A stretch of 51,029 nt of DNA from Promethearchaeota archaeon. GTDB lineage: Archaea > Asgardarchaeota > Lokiarchaeia > Sigyniarchaeales > SOKP01. The position numbers and the translations under genes were made by a program. Positions within the stretch are counted from its first letter, which is position 1. Every line of letters begins with the position of its first letter. The stretch spans positions 1 through 51,029 of the forward strand of contig JBHLMQ010000019.1 of the NCBI GenBank assembly GCA_048938005.1, in the 5' to 3' direction. Under the pieces are notes generated by a model. It did not search any database and had not been told where the DNA came from. It was given only the letters and a program-made list of their open reading frames with translations. Of the stretch, positions 1 through 10,054 are shown piece by piece.

Positions 1-1499
1 CTTTCTTTTTCCTTTCTTTCTTCTTCTTCGATTTCAAAGAGCCATGTATCTATTTTTAGAATTAATTCCTGTTTTTCTCTTGCTGACAAACCAAAGCCAG
101 ATTCTTTTTTCAAGTAAATATTAGCATATTTGCTCATTTCCCATATTTTTGTCTGATGAGTAGTGGTTGAGCTAACACCCATTTGCCTCGAAGTTTCTCT
201 AGCGATTTCAAAAGCTTGTCCAATAGATCTCATTTCATAATTTTCTTGAATAATCTTTTTTAAATATAATAGAATGTGTTTAATATCAGGTTTAGGCGGA
301 TTGGGTAATGGTTTCAATTCAACCCTTCCAGATTTTAATGTTTCTAACTCAAATTTTTCTGGTTTGTAGTCCTTAATTTCCGCGGGTCTAATATCAGGCT
401 TTTGAATTTCATGTTCGTGAGTGTATATGGTCGGTTCAACTGTTGTAGGCAAAACTGGCGGTTCTTTTTTTGCTTTTCTCTTAAATTGAATTGGCCAACT
501 GATAAATGAATACAGGCGGTCTTCAGCGGAAACAAAAATCGAATGTTTAGACGTTTTTCTAGTGATTGAATCTCTCTGTGTCGAAGAAATTTGTGGCATA
601 CCAGAATCTAACATTGTTGATGCTTTTTCTAGAATAGAGAATAGATACATCGGATCATAATCAAGATTAGAGTAAATACTTTTCAAAGAGTTGATATTAC
701 TTTCAATTATGCTGAGATTTATATCAGATATTGTGTCTTGTAAAAGTTGATCTGCTGCAAAGGTTATCCCATCTAATCCTGCTGTTGAATCTATGTAAGA
801 AGGATCGATATTTCCTCTCATTTTTTCAGAAATTATAATTTGATTGTAGTAATCCCAGTGAGTACTCAAAATCATATGTCCTTCTTTTGCAATTTGATAG
901 GAATCTTCTTGACGGATTCTTTCCATCATCTCCAGAAATATATCCTTATAAGGTATGAAAACATTTCTCATTAATGCCCCCTTTATGAAAGTTAAATGCT
1001 CTTCAGTTTTATAAGACAACTTGACAGGGACTTTTATCACGTCTTCTGCTATGATAACTTCACGATCTTCTTCTAAAGTTACATTTCCTGAAGTAGCCAT
1101 GTGGTCATATACAAAATCTGGTAACATTAATCCTGTTAATGTTCTATTATCGTAAATATATTTACCAGATTCTAATTCAAATTTTAGGAAATAATATCCC
1201 AGACCAAAGAGGTAATGAATTGTTCCTTTTGCAGTTTCAATTGAATAGTCATAACCACTTAAAAAAATAACAGTATCTTCCACAATTTTAGATACAGGAT
1301 GATGGACATAGGTTCCTAATGTAGGATACCCTAACAAAGCACTCCAACTAGGGATCATGAAAAGTGAGTTATTGGGAAATAATTTATTCTCCATTTTCTG
1401 TTGTTCAATTCTTTTCTTTTCAAGCTGTTCTTTTTCAAATTGTTCTTTTTCTAACCTTTCCTTTTCCAATTGTTCTTCATTTATTTTCTCTATTCCCAT
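1..1499 (-). CDS. Hypothetical protein, 3'-truncated by the window edge (>499 aa), with an N-terminal E/K/Q-rich pentad repeat
   Basis: Not in the ORF track because no stop lies in the window. Translated by hand from ATG at 1499 (MGIEKINEEQLEKERLEKEQFEKEQLEKK...FMIPSWSALLGYPTLG...); the frame stays open to position 1 (...WLFEIEEEERKEKE). Confidence 0.85.
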   Translation of the reverse strand, partial: MGIEKINEEQLEKERLEKEQFEKEQLEKKRIEQQKMENKLFPNNSLFMIPSWSALLGYPTLGTYVHHPVSKIVEDTVIFLSGYDYSIETAKGTIHYLFGLGYYFLKFELESGKYIYDNRTLTGLMLPDFVYDHMATSGNVTLEEDREVIIAEDVIKVPVKLSYKTEEHLTFIKGALMRNVFIPYKDIFLEMMERIRQEDSYQIAKEGHMILSTHWDYYNQIIISEKMRGNIDPSYIDSTAGLDGITFAADQLLQDTISDINLSIIESNINSLKSIYSNLDYDPMYLFSILEKASTMLDSGMPQISSTQRDSITRKTSKHSIFVSAEDRLYSFISWPIQFKRKAKKEPPVLPTTVEPTIYTHEHEIQKPDIRPAEIKDYKPEKFELETLKSGRVELKPLPNPPKPDIKHILLYLKKIIQENYEMRSIGQAFEIARETSRQMGVSSTTTHQTKIWEMSKYANIYLKKESGFGLSAREKQELILKIDTWLFEIEEEERKEKE

Positions 1500-1810
1500 A
1501 ATTCAAACTCTGACTCCATTTCTTAACATTTAATATAAAATTATCTATACATAATATAATTGCTTCATAGTAATATATGATTTTTTCATCATATTTTAGT
1601 TTAAAAATTTTTTAACAATTTCTCAAAAAATTTGACGGCTAATAAGTATTATCAAGGAAAGAAGTACTGTATTTTCATTTACAAGTATTAATATATATTT
1701 TCAGAAATATCCTTTTCAATGTGCTATTAACCAATTGTATAATGCATTAAGTAGTTAATCTCAAATTATTGTTCATGGAAATATTAATTCTCATAAACCC
1801 ATTTCATGAT

Positions 1811-3103
1811 TCATTTGTAAATTAATTCCACAATATGGGCACTACAGCTAATACATGGATCATAAGCTCGTGCTATCTTCTCAAATTCCAGTTCAATTTT
1901 ATCTATCTGATTCTTTGCTAGAAGTGTATTACCACTCGTTCGAATGAACTCCTCAATATCATCAAGGAACATAACAGTTGGTGTTATGATATTGGCTGCA
2001 GAGATTACGCCATCCTTGACCTCATAATGATGAATCAAGGTTCCACGAGGTGCCTCAACCGCTCCTGTCCCAATTCCTGTTTTATTCGTAGGTTTAATAA
2101 CTGTCGATTTGGTGCAGCTGAGGATTTCATTAATAATTTCTGGAATACGCTCGAGTGAATAGATTTGCTCGATTGCTTGTGCGTGATTATTAAATAGAGG
2201 ATTGCGATACCATCTTTCATTGATCAGTTTGTCATGAGCTTCCCTTGCCTTTCCCTTTAGTCTATCACCTAGAAGTAGAACCCTTGCTAACGCCCCAACG
2301 GTAAATGGTCTATCTCTATATTTTCCTCGTTTGGCAAAGCTATGACTAACAACTCTTTCCTTGATTACTGAATTATAATTTTCAACGGAGTGCTCTTTAC
2401 CGTCAGATGTGATGAAATTATTTCCATAATAATCATAATTTTCATGAGGAGGTTTACAGCAGAGGAATTGTGTTTCTCTCTCCATATGATCAGGAATTTC
2501 AAGTCTGGCAAAAAGGTCAATCGTTTCAATGGCAAACGGAAGCAACTCCATAGCTTCTTCTTTTATCTTGATAAGTTGTTCCTTTGTTGGTAGTTTTCCG
2601 AATCCTCCAATGATTGGGTTTTCACCATGTATAATCCGTCCGCCAATCATCCGCATAATCTTATTCCCAAATTTCTTGAGCTTTAAAGCATTTGTGACAA
2701 TTTCTTCATACTTATCAACCATTAAAAATGCATTATCATACCCTAAGTAGTCTGGTAATGCAAGAAAGTAGATATGTAAGCTGTGGCTTTCAATTATTTC
2801 GCCAAGATGCATAAGTTGACGATATAATTGCGTCATTAAATCGATCTCCACGCCCAAGGCTTTCTCTAAACCTCGAAGAGCGGCGTATTTATGGGAAAGA
2901 TTGCAAATAGCGCATATTCGAGGTACAATGCTAATGTCTTCCTGAGGGGTTCTTCCTACAACGAGAGTTTCGAAGAGTCTTGGGCCCTCAAGAATCTGGA
3001 CTTCAACTTTACTAATCGTATTATCTTCAATCTCTACCTTGATACCACCGTGTCCCTCAACTCTGGCTATAGGTTCTATCGTGATCTCATTTTTCTTTGT
3101 CAT
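1811..3103 (-). CDS. hydA: Group 3b [NiFe]-hydrogenase (sulfhydrogenase) large/alpha subunit
   Basis: RVEGHG, L1 motif RICAIC, EAPRGTL and L2 motif DPCISCSAH followed by a 7-aa tail. GGAGG precedes the ATG at 3103. Confidence 0.95.
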   Translation of the reverse strand: MTKKNEITIEPIARVEGHGGIKVEIEDNTISKVEVQILEGPRLFETLVVGRTPQEDISIVPRICAICNLSHKYAALRGLEKALGVEIDLMTQLYRQLMHLGEIIESHSLHIYFLALPDYLGYDNAFLMVDKYEEIVTNALKLKKFGNKIMRMIGGRIIHGENPIIGGFGKLPTKEQLIKIKEEAMELLPFAIETIDLFARLEIPDHMERETQFLCCKPPHENYDYYGNNFITSDGKEHSVENYNSVIKERVVSHSFAKRGKYRDRPFTVGALARVLLLGDRLKGKAREAHDKLINERWYRNPLFNNHAQAIEQIYSLERIPEIINEILSCTKSTVIKPTNKTGIGTGAVEAPRGTLIHHYEVKDGVISAANIITPTVMFLDDIEEFIRTSGNTLLAKNQIDKIELEFEKIARAYDPCISCSAHIVELIYK

Positions 3104-3899
3104 ATGATTTTCCTCCCTTTTCAATTAACTTGAGGATTTTATACCCTCCATATCCTTTGATTAATCTTAATATTTCCTCTTTTGTCTTCCCAAAATTTTC
3201 TAAGAATTCAAGGTGATAGTCAAAGTTACCATCCTCATTTGGTCCCCAGCAGCCAACGCACGGGAGACCATGATTGGGACAAGCTGAACCACATCCGCCT
3301 GCGGTCAATGGACCGAAGCAATATATCTTATCAAGCAATAGGCATCGATTTTCATTGAGTTTACATTCATGACATACAGGGTGAGCATAGGATTCCGGAA
3401 TTACTCCGTGTATGAGTCTCGAGATAAGAGCGAAAGTCTGTGGTGCACTGATGGGACAACCAGGGAGGTAATAATCTACTTTAACAATCGCATCAACAGG
3501 TTGGGATTCAATGGGATCTGTCAAAAACTTAACATCCCCATACACTTTATTCAATCGGTTTTTAAATCCTCCCTCTCCGGCACACATTGCTTGTGGTCCA
3601 CCATTCACAGCACAGTTACCTATTGCAACTAGTATTTTCGCTCTCTTTCTTATTTTGAGAATATGCTCTCTCTCCTCTTCTGTACTAATACTACCTTCGA
3701 TGAATGCGATATCAAGTTCCTCTTCAATTGGATTACTCGAAGCCATTACAAAGGAACGAATGTCCACTGAATTAACCAAGTTGAGAATCTCATCCTCGGT
3801 ATGGATAATAAGGAGCTGATCTCCTGCACATCCTGTGAAGCCATAGATACCAATTTTTGGCTTTACTGAAGGTATTTCAAACTTCCTAACTTTTGCCAC
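3087..3899 (-). CDS. hydD: Group 3b [NiFe]-hydrogenase small/delta subunit
   Basis: FIEGSI, GNCA, LPGCP, VCHEC, CFGP...GC..ACP....CVGC motifs; overlaps hydA. Confidence 0.93.
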   Translation of the reverse strand: MAKVRKFEIPSVKPKIGIYGFTGCAGDQLLIIHTEDEILNLVNSVDIRSFVMASSNPIEEELDIAFIEGSISTEEEREHILKIRKRAKILVAIGNCAVNGGPQAMCAGEGGFKNRLNKVYGDVKFLTDPIESQPVDAIVKVDYYLPGCPISAPQTFALISRLIHGVIPESYAHPVCHECKLNENRCLLLDKIYCFGPLTAGGCGSACPNHGLPCVGCWGPNEDGNFDYHLEFLENFGKTKEEILRLIKGYGGYKILKLIEKGGKSYDKEK

Positions 3900-3900
3900 T

Positions 3901-4749
3901 TTAGATCAACTCCCTGAAGTGCAAGGTATCCCAGTATGTGAATACTGGTCCGTTCATACAAGTATAGAGATGCTCAATGGCACAATGTCCACATTTTCCA
4001 ATTCCACATTTCATTCGTCTTTCAAGTGATAGTTGTATTTGGTTCTTTGGTATCTTGAGTTTCAGGAACTCATCGATTACAAATTTGTACATAACTGGAG
4101 GGCCCACCACAACCGCAATAGTTTCACGAGGATCTAATTTGGGAATATTTTTGAAGAGTTTCGTTACTACACCCACATTCTCGGTCCACTCTACATTTGG
4201 CTTATCCACAGTATATAGACATGTTATATCATCGCGTTGTTTCAGTTGGAAAAATTCAGTCTTAAAAAGGAATTCATTGGGGGTTCTTGTACCATATAGG
4301 AAGAATACTTGATTGAACTGATCTCGATTATCTAAGACATAATATAGGATTGATCGAAGGGGAATGACTCCGAGTCCGCCAGCTACAATGATGAGATCTT
4401 TATTAACCATCTGATCCAGCTTAAAGCCATTTCCATAAGGACCTCTGATGTACACTACTTCATTGTCTTTCTTCTGGAAGAGAGCATCAGTTAATATTCC
4501 AACCTTTCTAACGCCCAACTCAAGAATACCTGGGCGACTGGGTGTGGATGAAATAGAAAAGGGTGATTCCCCAACACCAGGGATTGATAGCATGATAAAT
4601 TGGCCAGGATTATAAGAAAAAGACATTGCTTTCTTCATATCTATATGCCTAAGTTGGAAGAATCTGTGGTCTTTTATAAGATCATAATGTCGTACTATTC
4701 TAGCAGCTTTCGGCTTGAATTGATTCTCAATTGTTCTGAGCATACTCAT
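3901..4749 (-). CDS. hydG: Sulfhydrogenase gamma subunit (FAD/NAD(P)-binding, 2Fe-2S)
   Basis: PGQF, PFSISS, RGPYG, AGGLG, GPPVM and ERRMKCGIGKCGHC motifs; operon context. Confidence 0.93.
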   Translation of the reverse strand: MSMLRTIENQFKPKAARIVRHYDLIKDHRFFQLRHIDMKKAMSFSYNPGQFIMLSIPGVGESPFSISSTPSRPGILELGVRKVGILTDALFQKKDNEVVYIRGPYGNGFKLDQMVNKDLIIVAGGLGVIPLRSILYYVLDNRDQFNQVFFLYGTRTPNEFLFKTEFFQLKQRDDITCLYTVDKPNVEWTENVGVVTKLFKNIPKLDPRETIAVVVGPPVMYKFVIDEFLKLKIPKNQIQLSLERRMKCGIGKCGHCAIEHLYTCMNGPVFTYWDTLHFRELI

Positions 4750-5777
4750 TTCTTATGTACCTCCCTTGTGATTAAAGCATCTGCAACTGTAAGGACATTA
4801 ATTTCAACCGGACATGTTTCTACACAACGTCCACACCCTACACAACCCGGACGTCCATAATCCTTTCCAAATGTCTTCAATTTGTGGCCATACCACAGTC
4901 TGAGTCTATCTGCGCGGGATGATCGGAAGTTATGCCCTCCCGCTACTAAACTGTAGTCTACAAACATGCAACTGTCCCAGAATCTATCTCGACGTCCTGT
5001 TATTTCATTCGTGATATCAAAAACATCAGTCACATTAAAGCAGTTGCATGTAGGGCAGACCATAGAACATTGACCGCATGATATGCATATCTCAGCGAAT
5101 TTATCCCAAACCTCACTTTCATAGCTGAGTTCCATGATGTCAGGCATGTTATCAAATTCAAAGCTCTTTTTGAACATTTTATTTCGTTTCTGACGCCATT
5201 TCACATATTTCTGAATATCATCATAAGTGACATCCTCATCAAAGAAATCCTCTCGTTCATAGATCATATCATGGCCCAAGCTCGTACCTACCCAAACCAG
5301 ATAATAATCACCAAGATCAACAAAGAATAAGTCAAATCCCTCCTCCACAATATCAGTATCCGTGGAATGACAAAATGAATTCTCTGTGGGAAGACAAGAA
5401 AATCCCACTATTGCCGTGTTCTGTCGTAATTCTGCATAATAGGGATCAATTGGGTCTCTCATGAAAATATCATCAAGTATAAGAAGGCCATGTATTTCAC
5501 AGGGATGTACTCCTAACACTACCCTCTTTTCAATCATGGAATAGTCTGGAGTAAAACCTTTCTCATTGAAATGAAACATTGTGAAACGCATCGGATGAAA
5601 AAGTTTCTTTATTGGAATCATCGGATGTTCATCAGTGACAACTAAGTCTGAGATGTTTTCAAGCTGATCATAAGAAAGTATACCATTCTTATGCGTTGGT
5701 CCGTATAGAGTTCCAAATTTTTTCATAGTCTCAAGAAACGCCTCAAAAAACTTTGATTGCATCTTCAATATACGCAT
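4746..5777 (-). CDS. hydB: Sulfhydrogenase beta subunit (4Fe-4S dicluster)
   Basis: HPCE, CISCGQCSMVCPTCNCF and CVGCGRCVETCP motifs; 4-nt overlap with hydG. Confidence 0.92.
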   Translation of the reverse strand: MRILKMQSKFFEAFLETMKKFGTLYGPTHKNGILSYDQLENISDLVVTDEHPMIPIKKLFHPMRFTMFHFNEKGFTPDYSMIEKRVVLGVHPCEIHGLLILDDIFMRDPIDPYYAELRQNTAIVGFSCLPTENSFCHSTDTDIVEEGFDLFFVDLGDYYLVWVGTSLGHDMIYEREDFFDEDVTYDDIQKYVKWRQKRNKMFKKSFEFDNMPDIMELSYESEVWDKFAEICISCGQCSMVCPTCNCFNVTDVFDITNEITGRRDRFWDSCMFVDYSLVAGGHNFRSSRADRLRLWYGHKLKTFGKDYGRPGCVGCGRCVETCPVEINVLTVADALITREVHKK

Positions 5778-6144
5778 GAACGGGACCTTGCTTAGAATTT
5801 TATATAAATATTACTATTTTGATTTGGTCAAAAAAAAATCATCAAAATAAATAAAATATTTTTAATAAATTGTTTTATTTTTTAGGAAGCAATTTTCCCT
5901 TTACATAATTCATTTAAAAAATTGCTATTGGTATGTTTATTTTATTATATATAAAAATAATGCTAATGTATTATAAGAAGAAGTGAATATTTATGTATCA
6001 TTAAATGAGAAAGTTTAATAGTTAAAGCAATAATTACTTTAAATTTAATGATCTTCTTATTATTGCCAAAAACAGAACATGACCTAGGATAATAGATGAT
6101 GTAAGATAGTATTTTCGCTTAAAAGTATTAACATTTACTAATGC

Positions 6145-6675
6145 TTAATGTTTATCTTTCTCGTGTAGAACGGGATTCTTTATAAAATTATATAAATGAT
6201 GAGAATATAGAGTTAAATGTAAATAGGCATTAATATGCTTTCGGGCAGAAGGAACATCATTAACATCATAATCTTTTGAGTGCATTACATGTTTAAAATG
6301 CTCCGTTATTTCTTCTGCGACAGCTTCTTGAATGTATTTAATTACTACTGAGATATCTTCATCTTTAAGTGCTTTATCAATTCTTGGAATTATTGGTCCT
6401 GGATCTAACCCTGCAGGTTTTAAGCCTGTATAGGCTGCATCTTCACCTTCTCGATGAATTCGAACAACCGTCTCAAAAAACCAATATTCAGCGAGATTCT
6501 TCGCACTATCATTCCCGTCATTATATATTTTTATAGCTTTTGCAAATGCATCTTTAATTGCTTCTTCTCCTTCTAAATGTACCCAAGGGAGAATTATGTT
6601 AACATTTTGTTTTTCTAATGCTTCTTTTGCTGCTAGTACTACTGGTCCATCTAATGTATCACAATGTGGTGGAAT
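6145..6675 (-). CDS. DUF6448-like protein with N-terminal PPHCD motif, His-rich C-terminus and no signal peptide
   Basis: HCDTLDGPVV, FFETVVRIHREGE and YTGLKPAG motifs. The GTG called at 6684 lies inside AGGTGA, so ATT at 6675 is the probable start. Confidence 0.75.
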   Translation of the reverse strand: MPPHCDTLDGPVVLAAKEALEKQNVNIILPWVHLEGEEAIKDAFAKAIKIYNDGNDSAKNLAEYWFFETVVRIHREGEDAAYTGLKPAGLDPGPIIPRIDKALKDEDISVVIKYIQEAVAEEITEHFKHVMHSKDYDVNDVPSARKHINAYLHLTLYSHHLYNFIKNPVLHEKDKH

Positions 6676-6841
6676 TCTTTTCACCTAATTTAAATTAATT
6701 ACTTATCTAATTGAATATATTGCTATTAAGAGTTGGTTCTATTTTAAACTATTTACATTATTTTTGTCCCAGAGGCCATTGTAAAAAAATAATAAATACA
6801 GTTAAATAATAATGAACAAAGATTCAAAGTAAAATTATTTA

Positions 6842-7300
6842 TCATAAATTTATCTTTTTAAGAGTAAGTAGTTGTTCTTGCGGAATAGTATTTTCATTAT
6901 AGGGAAGCACTTTTAATTGTTCCATTAAAGAGTCAAAATCCTTAATAAAGGTGTCATCTTTAAACTCCTTTAATTCATTATTGATAGCTTTAACAGTTAA
7001 TTTTAAAAATCTCTTAAAGTCAAATGTTTCATCTATTCTTCCATAAATTAAAAGGATTGAATATAATATTTCCTCATCTTCATAGGTACCATTACCATTG
7101 AATAATAAGGGTTTAAGCATTTTATCTGATAAAAAGTACCAATATAATGAAAAAATTAACGCATCATACAGAGCTGCGATTCCTGCCGAAATTTCACCTT
7201 CTTCAATTCTTTTTTTACCCGCATTAATATGAAGTCTAGCTCTCAATAAACACTGTTCAATTTTAGGTAAATTTTCATCAATCAATCCAAAATGAGGCAT
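6842..7300 (-). CDS. Conserved hypothetical all-alpha protein (possibly HEPN-like bundle)
   Basis: 152-aa ORF MPHFGL...LLRARLH...AGIAALYDAL; the fold call is only a guess. Confidence 0.6.
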   Translation of the reverse strand: MPHFGLIDENLPKIEQCLLRARLHINAGKKRIEEGEISAGIAALYDALIFSLYWYFLSDKMLKPLLFNGNGTYEDEEILYSILLIYGRIDETFDFKRFLKLTVKAINNELKEFKDDTFIKDFDSLMEQLKVLPYNENTIPQEQLLTLKKINL

Positions 7301-7469
7301 AAAATGTAATCATACAATTTGGTCTACGAATTGAATTATTTAAATCACGCATAGGAGTAAATTTCAATGTAACTAATATTTTTTATAAGTATTTTTTATC
7401 TAGAGCTTAATTTAGATAAATTTATAGTACACTAAAGAAACAAAACGGGATTAACAACTTTAATTCAAC

Positions 7470-7704
7470 TAGAGGAAAGAATAAAAAAAATTAATATTAT
7501 TTAGTTTTAGAAAATTTCTGACTAATGAGTAATCTTATATGAGATGTGCATGCTAGTGTTACCAGCACCATCAAAAATGTCTTCTATATCTAAGTTTGAT
7601 TACGTTACCATCGCCACCATTTAAAATTATATGTCCATCTTTAAGTGCGTTATCAATTTTTTGGTATTATTAGCCCTGGATTTAGCCTGCAGGTTTTAAG
7701 CCTG
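7470..7704 (-). pseudogene. Chimeric relic: internal DUF6448 fragment fused to the 3' end and downstream flank of the beta-propeller gene
   Basis: 7637-7704 aligns to 6361-6428 (GLKPAG...IDNALKD, one 1-nt deletion and one 1-nt insertion). 7470-7633 aligns to about 10222-10385 (GDGNVIKLRYRRHF*WCW* vs SDGSVIKLRYRGHFWWGW*). Confidence 0.85.
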
Positions 7705-7771
7705 CATTCTCGAAAATTATAAATTAATAATTTTTGAAATTCTTGAAAAGCATGTTTCGTGCTTTCTTTTA

Positions 7772-10054
7772 CTACAATTCTTGATCAAAATCAATGTCTA
7801 AGGGTTGAAAAACGCCTTTTTTTATCAATTGGAGTATGGTTTCGAAATCTTTTGGGGTACAAGTATTATCTGGAATAAGATATATAACATAAAAGTAAGT
7901 GAAATCATTCTCTTTCATAAAATTTAAAGCTCTTTCAACAATTTTTTTTTCAGTTTGAGTTAATTTTACATTTTTTTGAAATGAAACAGTAAGTGGATAA
8001 CGAATTGAAACATTTAAATCGCTCAATATTAATTTTTCTATGCTTCGAAAAGGTATTAGATTTCCGTTAAAAGATTCAATTAATTTACCGTAATATTTAT
8101 AAATATGATAGGCGAGATTCTCAAGAGAGTACAAGAAATTCTTCGATGGGTTTCTTTTCATTATAGTAATTAATCGTACGTTAACAAAATCTGTCATTAT
8201 AATTATTGATTCTTGATATTCTACTTTAATTGTTTTTGATTTTTTGGCGCCTTCTATTACTTCAACTCCAAAATTATGAATTGCTTGTAGAAATCCTGCT
8301 ATCAAGGTTGGGTCCAATTCTTTTTTTTCGAATGGCTGAGAATATAGATCGATTCCTGTTTTAGGATCGAGGATGATTACATATTCCAAATTCATGACAT
8401 CATTACAACTTTCTAAAATTAAATTTAGCGTATCTCTATGTTTTGATTTAACTTTCTTGGTGATAATGTAGCCTGCGTAGCCAGTGCCAACGCCCCCGAC
8501 TATAACTAAGCCAATAGTTAAAATAAGTGCAAAATCAATGGGGGGACTGAGATCCCCACCAGCAACTATCGAAATTACATGGGACTGAGCTCCAGCATCA
8601 GTTTCATTATTCCAAAAAACATAAGCAAGATAATTTCCCTCAATCGCATTACTCGGAATTGTATAAGTGAAGATATTATTATCCAAAGGAATCACCTTTT
8701 TTATTTGATATTTCTCTATACCATTTGGATCATAAAATTTAAAAGTATAATTCCCTGGTAAAGCTGTGGAGCTTAAGGAAAAAGCTAGTTCTTGGCCAGT
8801 TTTTAGTTCATTTTGAGGAAAATTAATATTTAAATCTATATTTGGAGAATTTGCTCTTATTTCCCATTCTGTATTATTTTCAAGAAAATTATTAGGAATT
8901 ATAAGAAAATTATGGGACTTATTAAATATAATTTCTGAAGTGATATTTTGTTGATCCTTAAAAAATAGTATATTAGACCAACTATTGGGATAATCAAATC
9001 TAACAGTTTGATTATCAGAATATCTCGTAATCTCGGGATTAATGATCCAATTATTTGTTCTATTGGACATAACATTTACGTGACCATTTGTATTAAAAAC
9101 ATTAATAATGTTAACATTGTAAGATAAATTGAATTTTAAAGTCTGAGTTTTATTATTTTTAATTTTAATATCAACTTTTTTCTTGTTAGCATGGAAATTT
9201 ATATTTTTTTGCTTTAAGTAGCCTTTACCTTGAGTTTTTCCATTTGATACACTATATATATTTCCATCAAGTTGAGCAGTCATATTAATTTCTTCTGGAT
9301 ATAAAGATGTCTCTACTTTTTGAATTAATTTGTATAAAAATGGGTTTCCAGAAGTACCTACACTCCATTGATTTATATATTCAGAGGTAAATAACTCGGG
9401 ATTATTAGGATTAATGCTATTATAAGCCCAATAAAATCCTGCATCATTTTTCGAAGATTGTGGAAGAGATGTCCCATTTAATACTAGAAAGTAATTACCT
9501 TTATCTAATAAAGAAGAATTAAAATTTTGGAAATACCATCCGGGAGTCTCAGTGATATTCAAATTTGTAGAAGCGTAGATAGACGCATTTGGTCTGTTAT
9601 TTATGCTATCATATCCTCTAATTTGAATCTGAGGAACACCTGGATGAGATAAATTGTATCCATAGATAAAGACACCATATATAATAGAAGGGTCATTTAA
9701 TTTAACTTGAACAGCTTGACCATTTGTATATAAACCAGGATTTCTGTTATATACTCTTTTATAAGTATTATGGCTTTCATTTCCTTCTATTAATATAATG
9801 TCATTCCCAAAATCAATTTCAGTAAAATTTAATTCAATATCTTTAATCTTCCAACTTTCATTGGGTAAAGTGATATCAATTGAATCAGAATTTATAAAAG
9901 ATTCCTCTTCAACAGAATTTTCAAGGAATTCAAAATTAACATTTATGTTTAGGAATATATCTTCTTCTTCAATTGAATAAACCTCTCCCAATGAGAAAAA
10001 TAAGCTAAATACAGTAAATAAAATAACTAGATATAGACTAATTTTAGACTTCAT
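7772..10054 (-). CDS. Single-pass membrane protein: signal peptide, large N-rich extracellular region, TM helix, cytoplasmic longin-like domain and possible winged helix
   Basis: Hydrophobic N-terminus MKSKISLYLVILFTVF; many NxS/T sequons; TM FALILTIGLVIVGGVGTGYAGYII; cytoplasmic EYVIILDPKTGIDLYS...DPTLIAGFLQAIHNFG typical of Asgard longin-like domains. Confidence 0.8.
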   Translation of the reverse strand: MKSKISLYLVILFTVFSLFFSLGEVYSIEEEDIFLNINVNFEFLENSVEEESFINSDSIDITLPNESWKIKDIELNFTEIDFGNDIILIEGNESHNTYKRVYNRNPGLYTNGQAVQVKLNDPSIIYGVFIYGYNLSHPGVPQIQIRGYDSINNRPNASIYASTNLNITETPGWYFQNFNSSLLDKGNYFLVLNGTSLPQSSKNDAGFYWAYNSINPNNPELFTSEYINQWSVGTSGNPFLYKLIQKVETSLYPEEINMTAQLDGNIYSVSNGKTQGKGYLKQKNINFHANKKKVDIKIKNNKTQTLKFNLSYNVNIINVFNTNGHVNVMSNRTNNWIINPEITRYSDNQTVRFDYPNSWSNILFFKDQQNITSEIIFNKSHNFLIIPNNFLENNTEWEIRANSPNIDLNINFPQNELKTGQELAFSLSSTALPGNYTFKFYDPNGIEKYQIKKVIPLDNNIFTYTIPSNAIEGNYLAYVFWNNETDAGAQSHVISIVAGGDLSPPIDFALILTIGLVIVGGVGTGYAGYIITKKVKSKHRDTLNLILESCNDVMNLEYVIILDPKTGIDLYSQPFEKKELDPTLIAGFLQAIHNFGVEVIEGAKKSKTIKVEYQESIIIMTDFVNVRLITIMKRNPSKNFLYSLENLAYHIYKYYGKLIESFNGNLIPFRSIEKLILSDLNVSIRYPLTVSFQKNVKLTQTEKKIVERALNFMKENDFTYFYVIYLIPDNTCTPKDFETILQLIKKGVFQPLDIDFDQEL

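Noticed and set aside
344-535. 63-aa ORF in the track
   Set aside because: It is an out-of-frame overlap within the long ORF at 1-1499.
1811-5777. Selenocysteine read-through in the hydrogenase (also checked for msrA, msrB and the thioredoxin-fold gene)
   Set aside because: No in-frame TGA occurs at any metal or redox ligand position; L2 is DPCISC.
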